A stretch of 64,000 nucleotides of DNA, from assembly GCA_046566185.1 (NCBI GenBank), contig JBKHXE010000021.1, positions 2,053 through 66,052 of the forward strand. The letters are read 5' to 3'. The position numbers and the translations under genes are program-made. This document shows, piece after piece, positions 37,601 to 46,622 of this stretch. This DNA comes from Actinomycetes bacterium. GTDB lineage: Bacteria; Actinomycetota; Actinomycetes; Actinomycetales; SCSIO-59966. A model generated the notes under the pieces. It ran no database searches. It saw nothing but the letters and a program-made list of their open reading frames with translations, and was not told where the DNA came from. Position 1 is the first letter of the stretch, and the number at the start of each line of letters is the position of its first letter.

Positions 37601-38029
37601 GTCACCGGTGACCCCCAGGGAGGCCAGCATCTGCTGGCAGAAGCCGTGGGTGGTGGCGATCGTCGCAGCGTCGAACTGCGACAGGGCGGTGGTGAGGCGG
37701 GCTCGGCGCCGGTCGCGCTCGGCGTCGTCCACGTCGGCGAGGTGGGCGACGAGGGCGTCGTCCGCGTCACGCGCCCCCGGCTCGCGGAGCGCCCGTTCGG
37801 CGCTCACCAGCCGCTCCCGCACCCGGTCCCGCAGCTCGGACGTGGCCGCCCGTCCGAAGGTCACCAGCATGAGGTCGGCCAGCTCCGCCACGCCCTCGGC
37901 GACGTAGCGGGTGGCGAGGGCGGCGATGGTGAACGTCTTGCCGGTACCGGCGCTGGCCTCCAGCACCGTGGTGCCGCTCGGCAGCGGTCCGCAGACGTCG
38001 AAGACGGCGGGCTGCACGTCGACCGTCAC
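34676..38029 (-). CDS. recB: exodeoxyribonuclease V beta subunit (UvrD-type helicase plus PD-(D/E)XK nuclease)
   Basis: ORF 34676..38203 trimmed to GTG 38029, which overlaps the recC stop (GTGA). It has VLEASAGTGKTFT (Walker A), VMVDEFQDTD, TVHASKGLEFPVV and a C-terminal nuclease block (LVVDYKTN). Confidence 0.9.
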   Translation of the reverse strand: MTVDVQPAVFDVCGPLPSGTTVLEASAGTGKTFTIAALATRYVAEGVAELADLMLVTFGRAATSELRDRVRERLVSAERALREPGARDADDALVAHLADVDDAERDRRRARLTTALSQFDAATIATTHGFCQQMLASLGVTGDVDADAVLVPDVADLVDEVVDDLYLQRYASVPGPRISVAEARLVGRAAVGDHQADLGPVPQPAGSPAAHRHALATAVRAEVLRRKRSRRLLDYDDLLVLLRDALADPVHGADAAERVRARYRVVMVDEFQDTDPVQWQILRLAFHGHRTLVLIGDPKQAIYAFRGADVVTYLHAAADAGATATLGRSWRSDEPLLLGLDRLFRQAALGDERIVVRPVEAEHTGRRLDGGAPVRLRQVRREAFRLKGTKSPSVGPARDLVVADVAADVVRQLSSTRLRDGGGWRPLRPGDIAVLTRRNADAAAVRVALEAAGVPAVESGLSSVFATPAARFWLTMLTAAEQPGHSGRAAALALTPFVGWDAERLAAASGAERDELADRVRAWSRVLAERGVAALVEALGADGLAERLLRTSTGERVLTDLRHIGQSLHAAAVAGSLGTAALTEWLRRRIAEAGDDYAEERSRRLETDAAAVQVVTVHASKGLEFPVVYVPFAWDRYESPSPDPLRFHDESGVRRLLVGGETDPGYADARARHLDEERGEDLRLLYVALTRARSQVVVWWCPTARNSAAGPLTRVLLGGHAPGEVPPPTARLGRDDDIAASLDALVHGSAGSIALEPVEAAPPPSRWEPPRSSRAALTVAAFERRLDTSWRRTSYTGLTTAAHAGDAASAGGVASEPETTGVQDEVDVVVDAAAPPADLALPSPMADLPGGAAFGTLVHAVLEGVDTSAPDLDAELLHRCRQAASSRVPGVDPVELAAALAPVLDTPLGAPAGGRTLRDVAPGDRLAELEFELPLAGGDVTPRGGATLADLGAAWRRHVPPDDVFAAYADRLEGRHLAPERLRGYLTGSLDAVLRVRDGGGEPRYLVVDYKTNRLAAPDEPLTTWHYRPEAMAAAMSDAHYPLQLLLYSVALHRFLRWRQPGYDPARHHGGGLYLFVRGMVGPGTPVIGGSPCGVMAWRPPDALVLAASAVLEGSGA

Positions 38030-41000
38030 AGCGTCCGGCTCCGTTCGTGGGACAGCAGGGGGTCCCAGACGCGCCGGGCCAGCACCCCGAGCCGGTGCGG
38101 GTCGTCGGGCCACCAGGCCTGCTCGGTGCGGCCGGGCGCAGCGAGCAGCACGTCGAAGGGCGCCTTGTCGCCCCACACCAGCACGTGGTGCTCGTCCTCC
38201 CACTCGAAGCGCGTCCAGGTGCGCTCCGCGTCCATATCGGCCTGCACGACCTCGTCACCGGCTGCGCGGCTCGTCGCGTACGCGCACGCCGTGTCGACCG
38301 GCATCGGCAGCGGCTCGCGCAGTGCGCGGTCGCGCAGCGCGACGAGGTCGGCGAGCCGCTGGGCGGCGACGGCCGGTGGCGGGGCCGCGAGCAGCGAGGC
38401 AGCGGCGCGCGGCCGCGACCCCTGGGCTCGCCCGACGGTCACCGCGCGCCAGGACCGCTCGGGCTCCGCGGCCGCCAGGGCGAGCAGCTGCACCCAGGCG
38501 CGCAGCCGGTGCTTCGCCGCGAGCCGCGAGTAGACCGCCCGGACCAGCACGTCACCGCGGACCCCGGCGACCGTGCCGGTGACGGCCCGCCCGTCCGGCA
38601 GGTCCGCCGTGACGTCGACGGACGTCGCGGGCGTGGCGGACCACCACTCCTGCACTGCCGCGGCGATCGGCACGACCTGCCCCTCGACCTCCTGCAGGAC
38701 GGCGCGGCCGAGCTCGCGCGGCGGCACCCGGCCGCGGCGCCACTCGGCCGCCACGGCGGTGCCCGAGTCGACGCCGCCCAGGCACGCGGAGAGCAGCCGG
38801 TTTCCGACGGCCCACTGCTGCAGCCGGTCGAGCTGCAGCGGCAACCGGTCGTCGACGTCCTCGGTGTCGGCGGCCAGGGTCACGCCGAGGCGCTGCCGCA
38901 GGAACGTCTTGACGGGGTGCTCCAGCGCCCCGACGAGCTCCTCGACGTCGACGACGTCCTGCCGCTCCGGCGGCACCAGCGGCTTGCGCAGGAACGGTTG
39001 TCGCCCCAGCCGTTCCGACCGGCCGGCGAGGGCCGCGCGGAAGGCCGCCGCGTCGAAGCTGAACGGCCCGGCCCGGCGCAGCGCCCCGGCCGTGAAGTTG
39101 CGCTCGTCGACGCCCTGCAAGGGGTGGTGGACCACGACCTGGTCGCGCACCGGTCCGCCGTCCGCCGTCGTGGCGGCCCGCTCGAGAGCGTCGAGCAGCT
39201 CGGTGACGGGCACCGCCGGGGGGCGCCGCGCCCCCGTGCGCTCGTCGGCACCGCTGTAGAGCACGACGAGGTGCTCCTGCGCCGACGTGACGGCGTCGAG
39301 GAAGAGCTGGCGGTCCTCGCTGCGGCGGTCGCGCTCCCCCAGGCACGGCTCGCGCAGCAGCACGTCGTCGCCGTCCGCGGACGCCCCGCGGGGGAAGGTC
39401 CCGTCGTCGAGCCCCAGCAGGCACACCACCCGGTGCGGCACCGCGCGCATCGGCTCCAGCGAGCACATCGTCAGCGCACCGGTGCGAAAGCCGGCCCGCG
39501 TCGGTCGTCCCTCGAGGCGGCCCGCCAGCAGGGCCCGCACGTCGGAGAGCCGCAGCGGCACGTCGCCGTGCGCCGCCCCGGCCGTCCGGACATCGGCCAG
39601 CACGGCGCGGGCCTGCACGACCTGCCAGCCGTCGGCCGGCTCGACGTCCGCCAGCAGGTCGAGCGCACGGTCCAGGGCGTCGAGCCACCCGGCGAGCTCC
39701 CGCGTGCCGTCCAGTGACTCCAGCACGACGGTGAGCCGGTCGAGCAGCTCGGCGAGCCGCCCGGCCAGGTCGACGTCGGTGCTGTCCACGTCGTCCAGCG
39801 GCAGCGCCGGGCCGATGAACCGCTCGCCCTCGTCGGCCATCGCGGCGCCCAGCAGGATGCGGTCGAGCGCGAAGTCCCAGGTGCCCTGGCCGATGTGGCC
39901 CAGCGAGAACCGGCTACGCCGTCCCGCGTGCTCGCCCCACCGCACACCGGCGTCGACGGCCCACTCGCGCACGCGGTCGAGGTCGTCGTCGGTCAGGTGG
40001 AACCGGCGGCGCACCGGTGCGCCGGCCGCGAGGTCGAGCACCTCGGACGCCGTCACGCGGCCGTCGGCGAGCTCCAGCAGCCGGCTCAGCAGCTCGAGCA
40101 GCGGGTTGGTGCGGCGCAGCGACCGGTCGGCGAGGCGCACCCGCAGCCGCTGCCCGGGATGGGCCTGCTCACCCTCGCCGTCCGCCAGGCCGAACGTCGC
40201 CGCCACCAGCGGCGCGACGTTCTCGATGTCGGGGCACATGACGAGCACGTCGCGCGGCTCCAGCGTCGGGTCGTCGGCGAACAGCCCGACGAGCACCTCG
40301 CGCAGCACCTCCACCTGACGCGCGCGGCCGTGGCACGCGTGCACCTGCACGGTGCGGTCGTCGCGGCCGACGGCGGCGGGGGCGGAGGTCCCGTCGTCCT
40401 GACGCAGGCGGCGCTGCAGCTCGCCGAGCAGGGAGGGCGGCGGTTCGGCTGCCGGGTGGTGGGTCTGCCGGGTGCCCTCCAGCGCGGTGAGCCGCAGCTG
40501 CAGCTCGGTGGCGTCGCGCGCCATCGACGCGAGCAGCGGGTGCGCCGCGGCGGCCCGGCGGTCCCGGCGGCGGACCGACCCGGGCGTCGCCTCCCCGGCC
40601 TTCCGCCACAGCGCCGGTGAGGGGTGCGGCAGCCAGAGGTGGACGTCGCGGTGGCCGGCCAGGGCGTGCAGCACCCGCAGCTGGTCCTCGGGCAGCCTCG
40701 TCGGCCCGAAGACCGACAGACGAGCCGGCAGGTCGACGGACGCCGGGTCGTCGAGCAGCCGGCGGACGGCGCCCTCCAGCCGCTCGGCCGGGCTGGGCTC
40801 CGCCACCAGCGCGCGGACCCGCCGCCACAGCTCCGGCTGCCACGCCAGGTCGGCCGGCACGCGGCCGCCCGTGCCGTCGTCGTCCTCCCCGCTCGCCCAG
40901 GCGCGCACCATCTCGGGACGCTGCACGCCGTAGGACGTGAACAGCCCGGCCAGACGGCGCGCGACCGCCAGCCGGCGGCCGCGGCGCACCGGGTCGTCGC

Positions 41001-41376
41001 CGCCGGACCCCAGGTGGCGCCCGAGGGCGCTGCACCAGGCCTCGCCGGCGCAGGCGTCGAGCGTCTCGAGCACCGGCCAGACGAGCCGGTCGGCGTGCCA
41101 GGGGTCGTCGCTGGGGTCGAGGTCCAGGACCGTGGCGAGCACCGCGCCGACGACCCGCGACGGCGACGCGAAGGTGACGTGGGCGCAGACGCCGCCCTCG
41201 CCGTCCGCCCCCGTGCCGAGGTGGTGCGAGAGGCGCTGCGCGAGCCACCGCTCGACGCCCCGGGTGGGGACGGCGACGACGTCCGGGGTGAAGGGGTCGT
41301 CGGGCGGCACGGCGAGCACCACGGCCAGCTGCGCCACGAGCGCGTCGGTGCGCTCGGAGCGGTGCAGGTGCAGCAT
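38026..41376 (-). CDS. recC: exodeoxyribonuclease V gamma subunit
   Basis: ORF 38026..41376, 1116 aa. ATG 41376 is preceded by GGGAGGGGG. The N-terminus (MLHLHRSERTDALVAQL...VVAVPTRGVERWLAQRLS) and the position upstream of recB-recD fit RecC. Confidence 0.88.
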   Translation of the reverse strand: MLHLHRSERTDALVAQLAVVLAVPPDDPFTPDVVAVPTRGVERWLAQRLSHHLGTGADGEGGVCAHVTFASPSRVVGAVLATVLDLDPSDDPWHADRLVWPVLETLDACAGEAWCSALGRHLGSGGDDPVRRGRRLAVARRLAGLFTSYGVQRPEMVRAWASGEDDDGTGGRVPADLAWQPELWRRVRALVAEPSPAERLEGAVRRLLDDPASVDLPARLSVFGPTRLPEDQLRVLHALAGHRDVHLWLPHPSPALWRKAGEATPGSVRRRDRRAAAAHPLLASMARDATELQLRLTALEGTRQTHHPAAEPPPSLLGELQRRLRQDDGTSAPAAVGRDDRTVQVHACHGRARQVEVLREVLVGLFADDPTLEPRDVLVMCPDIENVAPLVAATFGLADGEGEQAHPGQRLRVRLADRSLRRTNPLLELLSRLLELADGRVTASEVLDLAAGAPVRRRFHLTDDDLDRVREWAVDAGVRWGEHAGRRSRFSLGHIGQGTWDFALDRILLGAAMADEGERFIGPALPLDDVDSTDVDLAGRLAELLDRLTVVLESLDGTRELAGWLDALDRALDLLADVEPADGWQVVQARAVLADVRTAGAAHGDVPLRLSDVRALLAGRLEGRPTRAGFRTGALTMCSLEPMRAVPHRVVCLLGLDDGTFPRGASADGDDVLLREPCLGERDRRSEDRQLFLDAVTSAQEHLVVLYSGADERTGARRPPAVPVTELLDALERAATTADGGPVRDQVVVHHPLQGVDERNFTAGALRRAGPFSFDAAAFRAALAGRSERLGRQPFLRKPLVPPERQDVVDVEELVGALEHPVKTFLRQRLGVTLAADTEDVDDRLPLQLDRLQQWAVGNRLLSACLGGVDSGTAVAAEWRRGRVPPRELGRAVLQEVEGQVVPIAAAVQEWWSATPATSVDVTADLPDGRAVTGTVAGVRGDVLVRAVYSRLAAKHRLRAWVQLLALAAAEPERSWRAVTVGRAQGSRPRAAASLLAAPPPAVAAQRLADLVALRDRALREPLPMPVDTACAYATSRAAGDEVVQADMDAERTWTRFEWEDEHHVLVWGDKAPFDVLLAAPGRTEQAWWPDDPHRLGVLARRVWDPLLSHERSRTL

Positions 41377-41456
41377 CGGCGCCCCCTCCCGACCTCGACT
41401 GGGGCGACCCTACGGGGTGGCACCGACGCACCGGCGCCGCTGGCTAGGGTGCGGCG

Positions 41457-41873
41457 ATGAGCGCGAGCGTCGAGCACGCCCTGGCCTTCGTCTCCCGCCA
41501 CCACCGCGCGGTGATGGCCACGACCCGGGCCGACGGCCGGCCGGCGATGTCGCCCGTGCTGGCGGTCGTGGACGACGAGGGCCGCGTCGTCGTCAGCACC
41601 CGGGAGACGGCGATGAAGGTCAGGCACGTGCGCCGTGACCCCCACGTGGCGCTGTGCGTCTTCACCGACAGGTTCTTCGGCTCGTGGGTGCAGGTCGAGG
41701 GCGCGGCGGAGGTGGTGGCGCTGCCCGAGGCGATGGACCTGCTGGTCGACTACTACCGGCGAGCCGTCGGAGAGCACCCGGACTGGGACGACTACCGCGC
41801 CGCCATGGAGCGCGAGGGTCGCGTCGTCCTGCGGGTCGACGTCAGCCGCGCCGGACCGTCGCAGCAGGGGTAG
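41457..41873 (+). CDS. PPOX-class (pyridoxamine 5'-phosphate oxidase family) probable F420-dependent enzyme
   Basis: ORF 41457..41873, 138 aa. RAVMATTRADGRPAMSPVLAVVDDEGRVVVSTRETAMKVRHVRRDPHVALCV is the typical split-barrel PPOX pattern. Confidence 0.8.
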   Translation: MSASVEHALAFVSRHHRAVMATTRADGRPAMSPVLAVVDDEGRVVVSTRETAMKVRHVRRDPHVALCVFTDRFFGSWVQVEGAAEVVALPEAMDLLVDYYRRAVGEHPDWDDYRAAMEREGRVVLRVDVSRAGPSQQG

Positions 41874-42049
41874 CCGGGCGACGAGGTCTCCCCCGATCTC
41901 CTCCGAGGCCTTGTCCGGGCGCCCGCAGGGTGCCAGCATCCGAGCACCGAACCGGCCGAGACGCGCGCCTCGGGCGCCCCGCCAGGACGTCCGCGACCCA
42001 GCGGGTCGGCTGCCACTCGTGAGTGACACCACCACACCGAGGAGGGGCG

Positions 42050-43351
42050 ATGAGACGACGGGGTCTCGCAGCACTGACAGCCTGTTGCGCCGCGGTAGCG
42101 CTGGTCCTGGGCACGGGCCCGGCGGCGACCGCCGAGCACGACGAGAGGCCGCACACGCAGAACCTCAAGGCGCTCGGCCATCTCGAGGCGGAAGGAAGCT
42201 TCGTGACGCCGACCCCCCAGGGCGTCAACACCGACCTCGCCTTCTGGGGCAAGCACATCTTCCAGGGGACGTACGGCGGGTTCCGGGTCGTCCACGACGC
42301 CCCCGGCCAGCCTCGGGAGATCTCCTTCACCGAGTGCACCGGCAACCAGGGCGACGTGGTGGTCTGGGAGGACGTCCTCGTGCGGTCGTGGAACTCGCCG
42401 GCCCCGGCCGGCGCCACGTGCGACGGCCAGCCCGTGCCGGCAGGCTTCGAGGGCCTGCACGTGTTCGACATCAGCGACGTGCGCGACCCCGAGCTCGTCG
42501 CCGCGGTGCCGACCGCGTGCGGGTCGCACACGGCGACGGGTGTGCCGGACACGGCCAACGACCGCCTGCTCGTCTACAACAACGGCTCCAGCCCCAGCTG
42601 CCCCTGGTTCGAGGTCGTCGACGTCCCGCTGTCGGACCCCGACGCGGCGGCGGTGCTGCGGGTCGAGCCGCTGCAGGCCACCACGCGGTGCCACGACATC
42701 GGCGTGATCCTCGGTGACGTCATGATGGCGACGTGCGCGGCCGGCGGCGCAGCCAACGTGTTCAGCCTCGGCGGAGCGTCCGGCGGCACCCTCGAGGACC
42801 CGGCGTTCCTGTACTCCATCGCCGAACCCGGTGTCGGCACCGGCGGCAGCTGGCACTCGGCGGCGTTCACGTGGGACGGCGAGGTGATCGTGCTCGGCTG
42901 GGAGCCCGGCGGCGGAGCGGCGCCCGAGTGCGAGGCGACCGACCCGGACGTGAAGAAGTCGATGTTCTTCTACGACAGCGCGACCGGCCAGAAGCTGGGC
43001 CAGTGGACGCTGCCGCGGCCGCAGACCGCCGCGGAGAACTGCACCATCCACAACTTCAACGTGGTGCCGCTGGAGGACCGGTACGTCGTGGTCAGCGGCA
43101 ACTACCAGGCCGGCACGTGGGTCACCGAGTTCACCGACCCGGCGAACCCCGTGACGGTCGCCTGGTCCGACCCGGAGCCCCTGGTGCCGACGCAGCTCGG
43201 CGGGGCGTGGTCGAGCTACTGGTACAACAACACGATCTACGAGAGCTCGATCACCGAAGGGCTCAACGTGTTCCGCCTCAGCGGGCCCGAGACCGCCGGT
43301 GCACTCCAGCTGGAGCACCTCAACCCGCAGACGCAGGAGTTCTCGTTGTAG
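42050..43351 (+). CDS. secreted LVIVD-repeat beta-propeller protein, paralogue 1
   Basis: ORF 42023..43351 trimmed to ATG 42050, preceded by GAGGAGGGG. It has a signal peptide (LAALTACCAAVALVLGTGPAATA), LVIVD-like units (GGFRVVHDAPGQPREI, GLHVFDISDVRDPELV) and 8 Cys. It is colinear with 46623..48002. Confidence 0.8.
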   Translation: MRRRGLAALTACCAAVALVLGTGPAATAEHDERPHTQNLKALGHLEAEGSFVTPTPQGVNTDLAFWGKHIFQGTYGGFRVVHDAPGQPREISFTECTGNQGDVVVWEDVLVRSWNSPAPAGATCDGQPVPAGFEGLHVFDISDVRDPELVAAVPTACGSHTATGVPDTANDRLLVYNNGSSPSCPWFEVVDVPLSDPDAAAVLRVEPLQATTRCHDIGVILGDVMMATCAAGGAANVFSLGGASGGTLEDPAFLYSIAEPGVGTGGSWHSAAFTWDGEVIVLGWEPGGGAAPECEATDPDVKKSMFFYDSATGQKLGQWTLPRPQTAAENCTIHNFNVVPLEDRYVVVSGNYQAGTWVTEFTDPANPVTVAWSDPEPLVPTQLGGAWSSYWYNNTIYESSITEGLNVFRLSGPETAGALQLEHLNPQTQEFSL

Positions 43352-43375
43352 CCGCTCCGCGCACCAGCTCGTGGT

Positions 43376-43412
43376 CCGGGCCCCGTGAGGCACAGAGCCT
43401 CACGGGGCCCGG
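43376..43412 (+). terminator. intrinsic-terminator-like hairpin (perfect 15-bp GC-rich stem, 7-nt loop, no U-tract)
   Basis: CCGGGCCCCGTGAGG (43376..43390) pairs perfectly with CCTCACGGGGCCCGG (43398..43412), starting 25 nt after the stop at 43351. Confidence 0.5.
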
Positions 43413-43487
43413 GCTGCTCGCCGTAACCTCCGCCCGGACCGTCCCGTTGTGACCTGCGGACCACCCCTTCCACCCGCAGAGGTCGCC

Positions 43488-46418
43488 ATGCGCCGTCCCC
43501 GCCCCGTCCGCGCCGCCGCCGTCGCGGGGGCCTGTCTCGCCGGGCTCACCGCCGCCCTGCTCCTGCCCGTCCAGTCCGCCGGCGCCACCGAGGTCGGCCA
43601 GTACGTCGTCCGGCTCTCGGACGCCCCGCTGGCCAGCTACCGCGGTGGGCTCCCCGGTCTCGCCGCCACCAACCCCGCCGCTCTCGGGGAGACGCGGCTG
43701 GACGTCGACAGCGTCGCGAGCCGCGCCTACCTCACCCACCTGGCGAGCGCGCAGGCCGGCGTCGAGTCCGCCGTCGAGGCGGCCCTCGGCCGTGACGTGG
43801 AGCCCGAGCACAGCTACCGCTACGCCTACAACGGCCTGAGCCTGTCGCTCACCGAGGCGGAGGCAGCTCGTGTCGCCGGCCTGCCGGGGGTGGCCGACGT
43901 CCAGCCGGCGATCGAGCGGCAGCTGCTCACGGACGCCGGGCCGGCGTGGATCGGGGCGCCCGGCGTGTGGAGCGGCGCGTCCGCCTCCGCCGGCACGCAG
44001 GGCGAGGGCGTCGTCGTCGGCGTCATCGACACCGGCGTCAACCACGACCACCCGTCGTTCGCCGACGTCGGCGGCGACGGGTACGACCACGAGAACCCGC
44101 GCGGCACCTTCTACGGCCTGTGCGACCCGGTCACGGGGCTGCCGTTCTGCAACGACAAGCTCATCGGCGTCTGGGACTTCACCGGCACCACCCCCGAGGA
44201 CGACAACCAGCACGGCAGCCACACCGCGAGCACCGCGGCAGGCAACCACGTGTCCGCGACGCTCAGCGGCCCGACCCTCTCGATCGACCGCGAGGTCGCG
44301 GGCGTCGCGCCGCACGCCAACCTCATCACCTACAAGGCGTGCATCGCCGCCGGCTGCCTGTCCCCCAGCCTCGTGGCCGCCATCGACCAGGCCACGGCCG
44401 ACGGGGTCGACGTCATCAACTACTCGATCGGCGGTGGCTCCAGCGACCCGTGGGCGGACGCCGACGCGCAGGCCTTCCTGGGTGCCCGGGACGCCGGTGT
44501 GTTCGTCGCGTCGTCCGCCGGCAACAGCGGCCCGGGCGCCGCGACCGTCGGCTCCCCCGCCGACGCTCCGTGGCTCACCAGCGTCGCCGCCAGCACCCAC
44601 GACCGGGCGTTCGTCAACGCCGTCACCGGCATGACCGGCGGCGCCACGACCCCGCCGGCCGACCTGCCCGGCAGCAGCTTCACCTCCGGCTACGGTCCGG
44701 CGACCGTCGTCCACGCCGCCGACCACGGCGACGCGCTGTGCGGCGCCCCGTTCCCGCCCGGCACCTTCGACGGCGAGATCGTCGTCTGCCGCCGCGGCAG
44801 CAACCCACGCGTCGAGAAGGGCAGCAACGTCAGGACCGGCGGCGCCGGCGGCATGATCCTCGTCAACACCGAGGCGGACGGCGAGTCGACGGTGGCCGAC
44901 GCCCACGTGCTGCCAGCCGTGCACCTGGGCTGGGCCGCCGCACAGCAGCTCGAGGCCTGGGTGCTGGACGGCGGCGAGGGCCACACGGCGACGATCGCCG
45001 GGACCACCGTCGACCAGCGCGACGAGAACGGCGACGTGATGGCCGGTTTCAGCTCCCGCGGCCCGAACCCGTCGGTGGCGGGCGTGCTCAAGCCGGACAT
45101 CTCCGCCCCGGGCGTCGACGTCCTGGCGGCCGTGCACACGACCGACCCGACCGCCGGGCCCGAGTTCGGCGTGCTGTCCGGGACCTCGATGTCGAGCCCG
45201 CACCTCGCCGGCGCGGCCGCCCTGCTGCGCGCCCTGCACCCGGACTGGACCCCGGGCCAGGTGCAGTCCGCGCTGATGACCACGGCACTCGACTCCACCA
45301 TGCGCAAGGAGGACGGCAGCACCCCGGCGGACGCGTTCGACATGGGCGCGGGCCGCGTCGACCTCTCGGTGGCGGGGAGGGCCGGGCTGCTCCTCGACGA
45401 GGACCGGACGGCCTTCGACGCGGCGGACCCGGCCGCGGGCGGCGACCCGAGCCGGCTCAACCTGCCGAGCCTGGCCAGCGGTGACTGCGCCGGCACGTGC
45501 ACGTGGGTGCGCACCGTCACCAGCGCGCTCGGCACCACGGCCACGTGGGACGTCGCGGCCACCGCACCGTCCGGCCTGACGGTGTCGGTCAAGCCGAAGC
45601 GCGTCACGCTCGCGCCCGGGGAGAGCGCGGACATCACGGTGACCGCGGACGCCACGAGGGCGGCTGCCGGCTCCTGGGTCTTCGGCGCCCTGCGGCTGAG
45701 CGAGCGCAAGGGCCAGGCGCCCGCCGTGCACCTGCCGATGGCGGTCCTGCCCGGCGGCGCCCCGGTGCCGGTCAGCGTCGAGTCGACCGGCACGAGCGGC
45801 AGCACGACGGTCACGCTCACCGCCCCGACGGCGATCCGCGACCTGACGGCGAGCGTCAACGGGCTCCAGCAGGGCCTGGCGGAGTCCCGCCGGCTGGCGC
45901 AGGACCCGACGCCGCTGGACCCGTACGACGGGCTGGGCGGCACGTTCCACGTCACCACCCGGGCGGCCGAGGGGGCCCGCCTGCTCGCCGCCGAGATCGC
46001 GTCGACGACCGCCTCCGACCTCGACCTGTTCGTGGGCCTGGACGCCAACGGCGACGGCACGCCGCAGGCGAGCGAGGAAGTCTGCCGCAGCGCCAGCGAG
46101 ACCGCGCTGGAGGCCTGCCGGCTCACCGACCCGCGGGCGGGCACCTACTGGGTGATGGTGCAGAACTGGCTCACCGGCCAGGTGCTGGACGACGTCGAGC
46201 TGGTCGTCGCGTCGGTGCCGGGCACGGACGCCGGCAACCTCACCGTGACCGGCCCGGGCCGTGTCGCCGAGGGCGGCACGTACCGGGCGACCCTCGCGTG
46301 GGACGAGCCGGCGATGGCCCCGGGCACGACGTGGTTCGGACTGGCCGAGCTGGCCCCGGACCGTCGCAGCCCCGCCGGCAGCGCCGGCTCGCTGCTGGTG
46401 AGGATCGACCGGCCCTGA
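43488..46418 (+). CDS. secreted S8 subtilisin-family serine protease with inserted PA domain and C-terminal extensions
   Basis: ORF 43449..46418 trimmed to ATG 43488. It has a signal peptide and an I9-like propeptide (YVVRLSD...). The catalytic triad contexts are VGVIDTGV (Asp), HGSHTAST (His) and GTSMSSPHLAG (Ser). A PA-like insert lies between the His and Ser contexts. Confidence 0.9.
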   Translation: MRRPRPVRAAAVAGACLAGLTAALLLPVQSAGATEVGQYVVRLSDAPLASYRGGLPGLAATNPAALGETRLDVDSVASRAYLTHLASAQAGVESAVEAALGRDVEPEHSYRYAYNGLSLSLTEAEAARVAGLPGVADVQPAIERQLLTDAGPAWIGAPGVWSGASASAGTQGEGVVVGVIDTGVNHDHPSFADVGGDGYDHENPRGTFYGLCDPVTGLPFCNDKLIGVWDFTGTTPEDDNQHGSHTASTAAGNHVSATLSGPTLSIDREVAGVAPHANLITYKACIAAGCLSPSLVAAIDQATADGVDVINYSIGGGSSDPWADADAQAFLGARDAGVFVASSAGNSGPGAATVGSPADAPWLTSVAASTHDRAFVNAVTGMTGGATTPPADLPGSSFTSGYGPATVVHAADHGDALCGAPFPPGTFDGEIVVCRRGSNPRVEKGSNVRTGGAGGMILVNTEADGESTVADAHVLPAVHLGWAAAQQLEAWVLDGGEGHTATIAGTTVDQRDENGDVMAGFSSRGPNPSVAGVLKPDISAPGVDVLAAVHTTDPTAGPEFGVLSGTSMSSPHLAGAAALLRALHPDWTPGQVQSALMTTALDSTMRKEDGSTPADAFDMGAGRVDLSVAGRAGLLLDEDRTAFDAADPAAGGDPSRLNLPSLASGDCAGTCTWVRTVTSALGTTATWDVAATAPSGLTVSVKPKRVTLAPGESADITVTADATRAAAGSWVFGALRLSERKGQAPAVHLPMAVLPGGAPVPVSVESTGTSGSTTVTLTAPTAIRDLTASVNGLQQGLAESRRLAQDPTPLDPYDGLGGTFHVTTRAAEGARLLAAEIASTTASDLDLFVGLDANGDGTPQASEEVCRSASETALEACRLTDPRAGTYWVMVQNWLTGQVLDDVELVVASVPGTDAGNLTVTGPGRVAEGGTYRATLAWDEPAMAPGTTWFGLAELAPDRRSPAGSAGSLLVRIDRP

Positions 46419-46466
46419 GTCAGATCCTGACCTGACGCGGAAACGACGGGAACCCTTGTCACGCCC

Positions 46467-46496
46467 GTCCGCCCGGTGCCACGCTTCCGGGCGGAC
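46467..46496 (+). terminator. terminator-like hairpin (10-bp stem, 10-nt loop)
   Basis: GTCCGCCCGG (46467..46476) pairs with CCGGGCGGAC (46487..46496), starting 49 nt after the protease stop. No U-tract follows. Confidence 0.35.
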
Positions 46497-46622
46497 CGGC
46501 CGTGACGAGCTTCCTGGCGCTCAGCGGCTCCTGGATCCCGTCCCCCCGGCCCCTCGGAGGTGTGCGGGCGTCACCGGCACACCTCGGTGCGTCCACCACG
46601 ACCTCTCACGAGGAGGACCGAT

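Noticed and set aside
32814-41376. recC-recB-recD considered as part of a novel system.
   Set aside because: The gene order, motifs and overlapping junctions are those of canonical RecBCD/exonuclease V, so this is ordinary housekeeping DNA repair.
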